A stretch of DNA of 25,047 bases from a virus: IMG/VR virus record IMGVR_UViG_3300009678_000043, positions 1-25,047 of that record; one strand, 5' to 3'. The notes beneath the pieces were generated by a model. That model searched no databases, was not told where the DNA came from, and was given only the letters and a program-made list of their open reading frames with translations. Numbering within the stretch: the stretch's first letter is position 1; each line of letters begins with the position of its first letter. Below are positions 1 through 7,357 of the stretch, one piece after another. The position numbers and the translations under genes are program-made.

Positions 1-123
1 CGGGCTGGTGTTTGGCGTCGCTGCCCAGATGGTCCGGAACGATCCGGATCTCGACGCGGCGTGCTACATCGTCGAGTCGCAGAAGAAGATTGTCCATCGC
101 GCGAGTGGCAGCTTTTACCGCGC
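1..123. repeat. Terminal overlap, copy 1 (identical to 24925..25047)
   Basis: Direct comparison: cgggctggtgtttggcgtcgctgcccag...gcttttaccgcgc occurs at both window ends. Confidence 0.95.
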
Positions 124-1231
124 GATCTCGGCCGAGGCGTACAGTAAGCACGGGTTCAACGCCTCGATGGTGATTTACGACGAGCTCCACGCGGCCCCGG
201 ATCGGCGGCTCTATGACGTGCTGTCCACGTCGATGGCGGCGCGGAAGCAGCCGCTCCTGCTCGTGATTTCGACCGCCGGCTACGATCGCCATTCGATTCT
301 CTGGGAGCTCTATTCGCACGCGAAGAAGGTCCAGGAGACGCCCGAGATCGATCCGTCGTTTCTCCCGATCCTCTACGAAGCGCCCGAGGACGCCGACTGG
401 ACGAAAAAGCGCGTCTGGCAGAAGGCCAACCCGGCGCTCGGCGATTTCCGATCGCTCGAGGAGATGCAGACGATGGCGGCGCGAGCGAAGGAGATCCCGG
501 CGCAGGAGAACAACTTCCGCCGGCTGTACCTCAACCAGTGGACGGAGCAGGCGTCGCGCTGGATCCAGATGCCGACGTGGGACGCCTGCCTGACGCCGCG
601 GCCGAGTCTCAAGGGCCGCCGCTGCTACGTCGGGATGGACCTGAGCACGACGACCGACTTGACCGCGCTCGTCGCCGTCTTTCCCGACGAGACGGGTTTC
701 GACGTCCTGGCGCAGTTCTTCGTCCCGGCCGCGCGGATCAACGAGCGCAGCCGGCGCGACCACGTCCCGTATGACGAGTGGGCGCGGCAAGGCATGATCA
801 CGGCGACGCCGGGATCGGTCGTGGACTATGAGGCGATCCGCACGGTGCTCCAGGGCTGGGCCGCGGAGTACAGTCTCCAGCAGATCAGCTTCGATCCGTG
901 GAATGCGACCGACCTGGTGACGCGGCTCCAGCAGCAGGACGGGTTACTCTGTCTCGCGATGCGGCAAGGCTTCGCGTCGCTCTCGGCGCCGACGAAGTCG
1001 CTGGAGCAGGCGATTCTCGGGCGCCGGCTGCGCCATGACGGGCATCCGGTGCTCCGGTGGTGCGTGAGTAACGTCGCGGTCGAAGGCGACCCAGCGGGCA
1101 ACCTAAAGCCGTCCAAGACCAAATCGACCGAACGTATCGACGGCGTCGTGGCGCTCATCATGGCTGTGGACCTGATGAACCGCCAGGCGAAGGTGACCAC
1201 GCCGAGTTATCAAATGCTGGTGGTCGGGTGA
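2..1231 (+). CDS. terL: Terminase large subunit, C-terminal three quarters (continues from 24548..24924 across the circle junction)
   Basis: The ORF is open from the window edge to TGA 1229-1231, in the same frame as the ORF starting at 24548. Motifs: Walker B-like MVIYDELH, ISTAGY coupling motif, and a nuclease-domain acidic motif YVGMDLSTTTDLTAL ... RIDGVVALIMAV. These are typical of Terminase_1 / HK97-type TerL. Confidence 0.9.
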   Translation, partial: GLVFGVAAQMVRNDPDLDAACYIVESQKKIVHRASGSFYRAISAEAYSKHGFNASMVIYDELHAAPDRRLYDVLSTSMAARKQPLLLVISTAGYDRHSILWELYSHAKKVQETPEIDPSFLPILYEAPEDADWTKKRVWQKANPALGDFRSLEEMQTMAARAKEIPAQENNFRRLYLNQWTEQASRWIQMPTWDACLTPRPSLKGRRCYVGMDLSTTTDLTALVAVFPDETGFDVLAQFFVPAARINERSRRDHVPYDEWARQGMITATPGSVVDYEAIRTVLQGWAAEYSLQQISFDPWNATDLVTRLQQQDGLLCLAMRQGFASLSAPTKSLEQAILGRRLRHDGHPVLRWCVSNVAVEGDPAGNLKPSKTKSTERIDGVVALIMAVDLMNRQAKVTTPSYQMLVVG

Positions 1232-1407
1232 AACCGCGCGGGCGCCCGCGGCTGGCCGCGAATGACGACTCGGTGAGCGTGCACTTCCGGTTGCCGGCGA
1301 AGCAGTACGACCGGACACAGAAACAGGCCGACCAGGCCCGGATCCCGCTGTCCGAGTGGTTACGAAAAGCTGTGGAGCGTGCCTGTCGCGAGAAGGCGAA
1401 GGTCTGA
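1228..1407 (+). CDS. Small ribbon-helix-helix (CopG/Arc-like) protein, 59 aa (below the ORF-track length cutoff)
   Basis: GTG 1228 overlaps the terL stop (GTGA). Translation: VKPRGRPRLAANDDSVSVHFRLPAKQYDRTQKQADQARIPLSEWLRKAVERACREKAKV. This fits an RHH pattern: a beta strand (VSVHFRLP) followed by two helices. By hand count, most third codon positions are G/C. Confidence 0.55.
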   Translation: MKPRGRPRLAANDDSVSVHFRLPAKQYDRTQKQADQARIPLSEWLRKAVERACREKAKV

Positions 1408-1438
1408 CCTACCCTGTCAGACCGCAAAGGGGGACGGA

Positions 1439-1612
1439 ATGATTTCGACGCTCATCTCGGTCGTGATTGTGCTCGTGATCCTCGGCCTCGCCGTGTATCT
1501 CATCGAGACGTACATTCCCATGCCTAACCCGTTTCGGGTCGTGATTCGGGTGGTGATCGTGATCGGGCTGCTGCTCTGGCTGGCTCGGCTCGCCGAGTTG
1601 TGGAGTTTTTAG
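1439..1612 (+). CDS. 57-aa two-transmembrane-helix membrane protein (holin-like size and topology; function unknown)
   Basis: ATG 1439 is preceded by AAAGGGGGA. Translation: MISTLISVVIVLVILGLAVYLIETYIPMPNPFRVVIRVVIVIGLLLWLARLAELWSF. Two hydrophobic helices flank a YIPMP turn. From memory it resembles the short Thivi_2564-type membrane protein family (unverified). Confidence 0.7.
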   Translation: MISTLISVVIVLVILGLAVYLIETYIPMPNPFRVVIRVVIVIGLLLWLARLAELWSF

Positions 1613-1640
1613 GATTTCTGTGGCCGTAATTCGCTGACCT

Positions 1641-3524
1641 GTGGTGGGTAGTGCTTCACTGCCTGCCGTGGATCTCGCCTATTCCCTCTTAGAAATTAAA
1701 GCGGTCGATCCGGCGGCGCGGCGGTTCTCCGGGATTGCCAGTACGCCGGAGCTCGACCGGCACGGGGACTCGGTCGATCCGGCGGGCGTCAGCTTCCGGA
1801 ACCCGGTCCCGCTGCTGTTCCACCACGACACCCGGCAACCGATCGGGCGGGTCACGCTCACGGCCACGGCCGCGGGGATCCTGTTCGACGCCACCTTGCC
1901 CACCGTCGAGGAGTCGGGCGTCCTCAAGTCGCGCGTCGATGAAGCCTGGCAGTCGATCAAGGCCGGGGTGATCTCCGGCGTCTCGATTGGGTTCCGGATC
2001 CTCGGCGACGCGGTCGAGTACGCCGGGAACGTCCGCAAGATCCTCAAATCTGAAATCTGCGAAGTCTCGCTCGTCACCATTCCCGCGAATGCGAACGCTT
2101 CCATTCTGAGCGTCAAGGCGCTCGTCCAGAGCCACAAGGGGCCGATCATGAAACAGACAGCCGCGGAGCACATCGAAGCATTGGAAAACAAACGGGCGGC
2201 GCTCGCGGCCCGGATGGTGACGATCATGGAAGGGACCGCCGAGGACGGCGCCACGCTCGGCGACGAGCCGGCGGCGGAGCACGACGGGCTGCGCGACCAG
2301 GTCAAGAGCATCGACGCGGACTTGGGCCGGTGGCGCGAGCACGAAGCGTTGCAGATCACCAAGGCGGTCCAGGTGCCCGCGCCGGCGCCGGGCGTCATTC
2401 GTCCCTACTACGCGCCCGTGTCCGTGCGGCCGAACGTCCCGCCCGGCATCAAGCTGGCGCGGTTTGCGATCGCCAAGCTGGCGTCGAGGCTCGAGGGCTG
2501 CGACGCCGCGGTGTACGCCGAGAAGCGGTGGAACGATTCGACGCCGGAAGTGGCGCTGGCCATCAAAGCGGCCGTCGCGGCCGGGAACACGACCGACGCG
2601 ACCTGGGCGAAGCCGCTCGTCAACGCGGCCATTGTCGAAGACTTCCTGCCGCTCCTCAGCGCCGCCACGATCGTCGGCAAGATCCAGGGGCTGAAGAAAG
2701 TCCCGTTCAACGTGCAAGTCCCGGCGCAGACGGCCGGCGGCACGTACAACTGGGTCGGGGAGCTCAAGCCGAAGCCGGTCACGTCTCTCGCGTTTGCGAT
2801 GGAGACGCTGGGGTTTAACAAGATCGCGGCGATCGTCGTCCTCTCGCAGGAGCTCGTCCGGTTCTCCAACCCGTCCGCCGAGGCGCTCGTCCGCGACGAC
2901 ATGGTCAAGGGGATCGCGGCGTTCATTGACGGCCAGTTCATCAACCCGGCGGTGGCCGCGGTCGCGGGCGTCAACCCGGCCTCGATCACGAACGGCGCCC
3001 CGACCGCCGCGGGCACGGTCTCGCCGCTCGCGGACATCCTGGCATTGATCGCCCACTTCTCGACGAACAACATCCCGGTCGAGGGGCTAACGTTCCTGCT
3101 CTCGCCGGGAAACGCGCTGGCGCTGTCGTTCCGGACCAACTCGGACGGCTCGCCGGAGTTCCCGGGGATCGGGATCAACGGCGGCTCGTACAAGGGGCTC
3201 CAGTTCATCACGTCGAACGCGCTCGGCGCGAACGTGGTGGCGCTCCAGCCGGCGCTCATCCTCTTCGCCGACGATGGCGGCGTGACGATTGACGCGAGCA
3301 CGGAAGCGTCGCTCCAGATGGACAGCGCGCCGATGTCTCCCGTGGACGCGACCACGGTCTACGCCTCGATGTTCCAGATGAACGCGGTCGCCTTGCGGGC
3401 GGAGCGGTACATCACCTGGAAGCGCGTCGGGACCAACTCGGTGAAGTACCTGACGGCGGTCGCGTGGCCCGGGCCGTCCGGGACGACGGTGACGGTCGAG
3501 GGCGGATCGCGGAAGAAGGACTAA
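1641..3524 (+). CDS. Fused HK97-family prohead protease + coiled-coil scaffold (delta-like) + HK97-fold major capsid protein, 627 aa
   Basis: The N-terminus has S78/U35 prohead protease motifs (LLFHHDTRQPIG with the catalytic His, GVSIGF with the catalytic Ser). Residues about 170-235 are a Glu/Ala-rich coiled coil (MKQTAAEHIEALENKRAALAARM). The remainder resembles Phage_capsid. There is no stop between the domains. The 5' start is uncertain (GTG 1641, 1644 or 1668). Confidence 0.85.
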   Translation: MVGSASLPAVDLAYSLLEIKAVDPAARRFSGIASTPELDRHGDSVDPAGVSFRNPVPLLFHHDTRQPIGRVTLTATAAGILFDATLPTVEESGVLKSRVDEAWQSIKAGVISGVSIGFRILGDAVEYAGNVRKILKSEICEVSLVTIPANANASILSVKALVQSHKGPIMKQTAAEHIEALENKRAALAARMVTIMEGTAEDGATLGDEPAAEHDGLRDQVKSIDADLGRWREHEALQITKAVQVPAPAPGVIRPYYAPVSVRPNVPPGIKLARFAIAKLASRLEGCDAAVYAEKRWNDSTPEVALAIKAAVAAGNTTDATWAKPLVNAAIVEDFLPLLSAATIVGKIQGLKKVPFNVQVPAQTAGGTYNWVGELKPKPVTSLAFAMETLGFNKIAAIVVLSQELVRFSNPSAEALVRDDMVKGIAAFIDGQFINPAVAAVAGVNPASITNGAPTAAGTVSPLADILALIAHFSTNNIPVEGLTFLLSPGNALALSFRTNSDGSPEFPGIGINGGSYKGLQFITSNALGANVVALQPALILFADDGGVTIDASTEASLQMDSAPMSPVDATTVYASMFQMNAVALRAERYITWKRVGTNSVKYLTAVAWPGPSGTTVTVEGGSRKKD

Positions 3525-3528
3525 GTCC

Positions 3529-4818
3529 GTGGCGTTGCTCGACCGATTGCGGGCGGTGTTCTCGCCGGGGCCACGGGCGCCGGCGGCGGGCACGGGCGGC
3601 TACTGGCCCGTGGTGCGCGAGTCCTACACCGGCGCCTGGCAGCACAACGACGAGATCCGCCTCGAGACGGCGCTCGCCAATCCGGTCGTGTTCCGCTGTG
3701 TGTCGCTGATTGCGTCCGATATTGGGAAATTGCCGCTCCGGCTCGTCGCCGTCGATGCCAACGGAATCTGGCACGAGACGACGAGCCCGGCGTTTTCGCC
3801 CGTGCTCCGGAAGCCCAACAGCTACCAGACGACTGGGCAGTTGCTCGAAACCTGGATGATCTCAAAACTGCTGTACGGCAACACGTACGTCCTCAAGGAT
3901 CGGGATGCGCGCGGCGTCGTGACGGCGCTGTACGTGCTCGACCCGTGCCGCGTGAAGCCGCTCGTGTCGCCGGACGGCGCCGTCTACTACGAGCTCCAGA
4001 CCAACGAGCTCGCCGGCATCGTCGGCAACGTCCTGGTCGTGCCCGCGAAAGAGATCATCCACGACCGCTGGAACTGTGCGTTCCATCCGCTCGTGGGCCT
4101 CTCGCCGCTCTACGCCTGTGGCGGGGCGGCCAGCCAGGGGCTCGCGATGCAGGCGGCCAGTACGACGTTCTTCTCGAGCGGCGGCCGGCCGTCCGGGATG
4201 CTGATTGCGCCGACCGAGATCGATCCGCAGACCGCGCAGCGGTTGTCGGAGACGTGGCACGCGCTCGGCGCCGGCAAGACGGCGATTGTCGGGAACGGTA
4301 TGAAGTACGAGGCGGTCGGCTCGTCGGCCGAAGAGTCGCAGTGGATTGAGCAGGCGGGCTGGACGGCAAAAACCATCGCTGGCTGTTTCGGCGTCCCGAT
4401 CTCGATGGTCGATTCGTCGCAGCAACCGCCGTACGCCAACAGCGAAGCGTCCGCGCTCCAGTACCACAGCCAGTGCCTCCAGACGCATCTGACCGCGATC
4501 GAGGTCGCGCTGGACTTCGGCCTGGAGCTCCCGGCGCCGTACGGGACCGAGTTCGATCTCGACGACCTCATCTGGATGGATACCGCCACCAAGACGAAGG
4601 CGGCGCACGACGCGATCGGGGCCGGCGCGATGACGCCGAACGAAGCGCGGCGGAAGTACTTCGGCCTCGGCCCGGTGCCGGGCGGCGACACGCCGTACCT
4701 CCAGCAGCAGTACGTCTCGCTCGAGGCGCTCGCGAATCGCGATCTCGGCGTCACGGCGCCCGCTCCCCCGGTGAGTCCCGTTTTGGCCACGGAGACGCCG
4801 GACGGGGAGGCGTCGTGA
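3529..4818 (+). CDS. Portal protein (HK97 / Phage_portal family)
   Basis: 429 aa. GTG start 4 nt after the capsid stop. Typical portal N-terminal region (NPVVFRCVSLIASDIGKLPLRL ... LRKPNSYQT ... LLYGNTYV) and a conserved C-terminal region. Confidence 0.85.
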   Translation: MALLDRLRAVFSPGPRAPAAGTGGYWPVVRESYTGAWQHNDEIRLETALANPVVFRCVSLIASDIGKLPLRLVAVDANGIWHETTSPAFSPVLRKPNSYQTTGQLLETWMISKLLYGNTYVLKDRDARGVVTALYVLDPCRVKPLVSPDGAVYYELQTNELAGIVGNVLVVPAKEIIHDRWNCAFHPLVGLSPLYACGGAASQGLAMQAASTTFFSSGGRPSGMLIAPTEIDPQTAQRLSETWHALGAGKTAIVGNGMKYEAVGSSAEESQWIEQAGWTAKTIAGCFGVPISMVDSSQQPPYANSEASALQYHSQCLQTHLTAIEVALDFGLELPAPYGTEFDLDDLIWMDTATKTKAAHDAIGAGAMTPNEARRKYFGLGPVPGGDTPYLQQQYVSLEALANRDLGVTAPAPPVSPVLATETPDGEAS

Positions 4819-5162
4819 CGCTGACCTATTCGCGCGTCACGCTCGCGGGGCCGCTCTGGACGACGGCGGAAGTCAAAGCGATCCAGTTACGGATCACCGA
4901 CGCCGCGCACGATGCGGACGTGGACGAGAAGTTGGCGACCGCGCAGGAGGCGGTCTTGGCGTACCTCGGGCCGGCGGCCGATGCGACCTGGACGCCGGCG
5001 ACCGCGCCCGAGGCCGTCAAGCACGCGATCCTGCTCCTCACCGTCCACTACTACGAACATCGCGGCGACGACTTCACCGGCCAGACCAACCGCCAGGACG
5101 CCGTCATTTGGAAGGAGCTCCAGAACCTGCTCGCGCTGTATCGCGATCCGGCGCTGGCGTAG
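4815..5162 (+). CDS. Head-tail connector protein (gp6-like, DNA-packaging/QLRG family)
   Basis: GTG 4815 overlaps the portal stop (GTGA). Motifs AEVKAIQLRITDAAHDADVDEKL ... AVKHAILLLTVHYYEHRGD match the gp6-like connector pattern. The upstream part of track ORF 4473..5162 lies out of frame inside the portal gene. Confidence 0.8.
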   Translation: MTLTYSRVTLAGPLWTTAEVKAIQLRITDAAHDADVDEKLATAQEAVLAYLGPAADATWTPATAPEAVKHAILLLTVHYYEHRGDDFTGQTNRQDAVIWKELQNLLALYRDPALA

Positions 5163-5164
5163 CG

Positions 5165-5455
5165 ATGGGGATCGGATCCTACCGGCATCTCGTGACGCTG
5201 GAACATCCCGCGGTGACACTCGATCCGCCGACGTGGTACTGCCAGGTCATGCCCTCGTCCACCGCGGCGCTCGACGGGCTCGCGGCGTTCTTTATTCGCG
5301 GCCGGTACCATCCCGGCATCAACCTCGAGACGCAAGTGATCTTCGAGGGCCGCACGCTGCAAGTGCAGAGCGTGGCGGACCTCGACGAGCGCCACGTCGA
5401 GATCCAGATCACCGCGGTCGAGGTCGTCGGCCGGCTCGGTAAGGCGGCGCCCTGA
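5165..5455 (+). CDS. Head closure / head-tail adaptor protein (SPP1 gp16-like, Phage_H_T_join)
   Basis: ATG 5165. Pattern YRHLVTLE ... FFIRGRYHPGINLETQVIFEGRTLQVQSV ... EIQITAVEV is characteristic of the family. The position after the connector also fits. Confidence 0.75.
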   Translation: MGIGSYRHLVTLEHPAVTLDPPTWYCQVMPSSTAALDGLAAFFIRGRYHPGINLETQVIFEGRTLQVQSVADLDERHVEIQITAVEVVGRLGKAAP

Positions 5456-5886
5456 TGGCGACGACCGAACTCAAGATCATCGGCCTCGAGCAACTGCGGG
5501 CGGATCTCAAGCGGTTGCCGGAGGATCTCACGCGCGAAGCGGCCGTGATCGTCCAGGCGACCGCGGACGCCATGGCGGTGGACGTGATCGGCCAGTACGC
5601 CGTCAAGACCGGCAACCTCCGATCGCATGTGCGTGTCGAGACGACCTCGGACGTCGTCGGCGGCATCACGTCGAAGGTCGTGAGTCGCGCCCGGCACGCC
5701 TACATTTACGAAACCGGCGGCGAGGGGCGCGAGCGCCACTGGAAGAAGAACGGGAAGAGTACCGGCGTCATGCCGGCGAAGAAAATCTTTGCGCCGGTCG
5801 CGCCACTGCGGCGCCGGATCATGGAAGCGGCGCTCATCGAGATCGTTCGGCGGGCCGGCCTGACTGTCACAGGCTCGGCCACATAA
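5455..5886 (+). CDS. HK97 gp10-like tail-completion/neck protein
   Basis: The ATG overlaps the previous stop (TGATG). 143 aa. The N-terminal LEQLRADLKRLPEDL ... TGNLRSHV pattern and the position before the major tail gene both fit. Confidence 0.7.
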   Translation: MATTELKIIGLEQLRADLKRLPEDLTREAAVIVQATADAMAVDVIGQYAVKTGNLRSHVRVETTSDVVGGITSKVVSRARHAYIYETGGEGRERHWKKNGKSTGVMPAKKIFAPVAPLRRRIMEAALIEIVRRAGLTVTGSAT

Positions 5887-5919
5887 CGCATTGACAGCCA
5901 GGTTTTAGAGGAGACGCAC

Positions 5920-6546
5920 ATGCCCGCACCAGCCGCACCAACCAACAATCCCGGCACGCACGGGAAGGAAGGCGTCATCGCCGCGAAGCTCAACGCGGGC
6001 GATGCCTACGTCGCGATCGGGAACATCTCCGAGTACAACCTCTCGATGGCGACCGACAAGGTCGAGACCACCAGCCTCGGCGACACGAACAAGCGGTACG
6101 TCGTCGGGCTCAAGGATCTGTCCGGCACGTTTACCGCGTTCTGGGATCGCCTCGACGACATCCTCTTCGACCTCGCTGACTCACCGACCGGCTGCTTTAT
6201 CGCGGTCTACCCGTCCACCGGCTCAAACGTCGGATGGGAGGGCCCAGCGTGGGTCGATGCCTCCATCAAAGGCGGCGTGACCTCGGCGGTCACGATCGAC
6301 GGCACGTTCATGGCGAACGGCGCCTGGACGCGGGCCTCGATGGTGGTGGCGACGGGCGCGACGGGTGTCGGCAGTCCCGGCGGGTTCACGCCGCCTGGGG
6401 CGATGGCGCCGACCAATCTCGCGGCCATGTCGGGCGTCACGGCGTCTCCGGCCTCGGCCTGGACGACGGGCCAGTACGTCCGGCTCGGCAACGGGTCCAA
6501 TGCGTACTGGAACGGCACGGCGTGGACGGCCGGGATCGCACCCTAG
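5920..6546 (+). CDS. Major tail protein (TP901-1/phi13-like) with a C-terminal extension
   Basis: GAGGAG lies upstream of ATG 5920. Core motifs: IGNISEYNLSMATDKVETTSLGD ... GLKDLSGTF. There is a C-terminal Gly/Ala/Thr-rich extension of about 68 aa ending in YWNGTAWTAGIAP. Confidence 0.75.
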   Translation: MPAPAAPTNNPGTHGKEGVIAAKLNAGDAYVAIGNISEYNLSMATDKVETTSLGDTNKRYVVGLKDLSGTFTAFWDRLDDILFDLADSPTGCFIAVYPSTGSNVGWEGPAWVDASIKGGVTSAVTIDGTFMANGAWTRASMVVATGATGVGSPGGFTPPGAMAPTNLAAMSGVTASPASAWTTGQYVRLGNGSNAYWNGTAWTAGIAP

Positions 6547-6555
6547 GTCGGCGTC

Positions 6556-6822
6556 GTGGCGACGGTCGGGTCTCAGCGGGTCACCTTCCAAGGCGCCGCG
6601 GCCGTGGTCCGGCTCGGCTATCAGCGGGCCGCACGGCTCGGCGCCTGGACGATCGACGGCGGCTGGATCTCGGCGGCGGTCGAGGACGTGGACGGCTTCC
6701 GCATCACCCAGTCGCCCTTGACCCTCGAGATCCAGTACGCGGACGGGGCGCCCACGTATCGGGCGCTCGCGGACGTGACCGTCTCCGGCGGCCGGCTGAC
6801 CGGCCGGGTCTACAAACCCTGA
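6556..6822 (+). CDS. Hypothetical structural-module protein, 88 aa
   Basis: GTG start. Strong G/C third-position bias by hand translation. It lies between the major tail gene and the chaperone genes. Confidence 0.6.
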   Translation: MATVGSQRVTFQGAAAVVRLGYQRAARLGAWTIDGGWISAAVEDVDGFRITQSPLTLEIQYADGAPTYRALADVTVSGGRLTGRVYKP

Positions 6823-6832
6823 AAGGGCACCC

Positions 6833-7234
6833 ATGGGATCGCGCTATCGGAAACAGGAAGAAGTCCGTCTCGACCTCACCGGCGGCGATTGGCTGCTGGT
6901 CCGGAAGCACTTGACGGCCGGCGAGGAACGCGACGCGCACGCGAAGGTCATCAAAGCCGGGACGATGCGATCGGGCGAGAAGCCGGAGCTCGACCTCGAG
7001 CACCTCGGGATCGCGCAGGCGGTGTCCTATCTGCTCGACTGGTCGATTACCGACGCCGACGATAAGCCAATCAAGATCCGCGACGCCTCGTATCCGTTCG
7101 TGTTTGCGGCGCTCCGGAACCAAACCCCGGAGTCGCTGCGCGAGATCCTCGAGGCGATCCAGGCGCATGACAGTGCGATGACCGAGGCGCGGGCCGAGGA
7201 AAAAAAACTCCCGGCTGGCGTGAGCGCACCGTAA
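6833..7234 (+). CDS. Tail assembly chaperone G (zero-frame product)
   Basis: 133 aa. It sits immediately upstream of the tape measure gene and contains the slippery A-run near its 3' end. Confidence 0.75.
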   Translation: MGSRYRKQEEVRLDLTGGDWLLVRKHLTAGEERDAHAKVIKAGTMRSGEKPELDLEHLGIAQAVSYLLDWSITDADDKPIKIRDASYPFVFAALRNQTPESLREILEAIQAHDSAMTEARAEEKKLPAGVSAP

Positions 7235-7356
7235 GCGACCTGTATATCTGCCGGATCATGGGCTGGACGTATGACGACCTGCTCGATCTCCCCGTGGACG
7301 TCTACAGCGTCCTCGTGGAACAACTAAGCGCCGAAGCGGCGAAGTCCCGGAAATAA
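6833..7356 (+). CDS. Tail assembly chaperone GT (product of a programmed -1 frameshift at 7201..7207), about 174 aa
   Basis: After a -1 slip on A_AAA_AAA, the -1 frame is open from 7207 to TAA 7354-7356: TPGWRERTVSDLYICRIMGWTYDDLLDLPVDVYSVLVEQLSAEAAKSRK. It ends 1 nt before the tape measure ATG at 7358. Confidence 0.6.
7201..7207 (+). promoter_or_regulatory. -1 ribosomal frameshift slippery heptamer A_AAA_AAA
   Basis: The A run spans 7200..7207. Zero-frame codons are GAA AAA AAA CTC. The canonical X_XXY_YYZ geometry sits in the G gene 27 nt before its stop. Confidence 0.6.
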
Positions 7357-7357
7357 C

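Noticed and set aside
1689-3056. 455-aa minus-strand ORF antisense to the protease-capsid gene. Similar long antisense or off-frame ORFs include 11306..12955, 3862..4608, 5179..5739, 6223..6834, 8791..9423, 19210..20016, 20644..21243, 21528..22133 and 22672..23319.
   Set aside because: Their translations are Arg/Pro/Gly/Asp-rich and low complexity, typical of open non-coding frames in high-GC DNA. Each fully overlaps a gene with clear family motifs and correct third-position G/C bias.
5889-5919. TTGACA at 5891..5896 upstream of the major tail gene as a promoter.
   Set aside because: There is no acceptable -10 hexamer at 16-19-nt spacing. The hexamer is probably a chance occurrence inside a 33-nt intercistronic gap.
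7200-7207. The A8 run as a sequencing artefact or terminator T/A tract.
   Set aside because: Its zero-frame geometry, its location at the 3' end of the chaperone gene and the open -1 frame reaching the tape measure start all fit a programmed slippery site. Read-level confirmation is still advisable.
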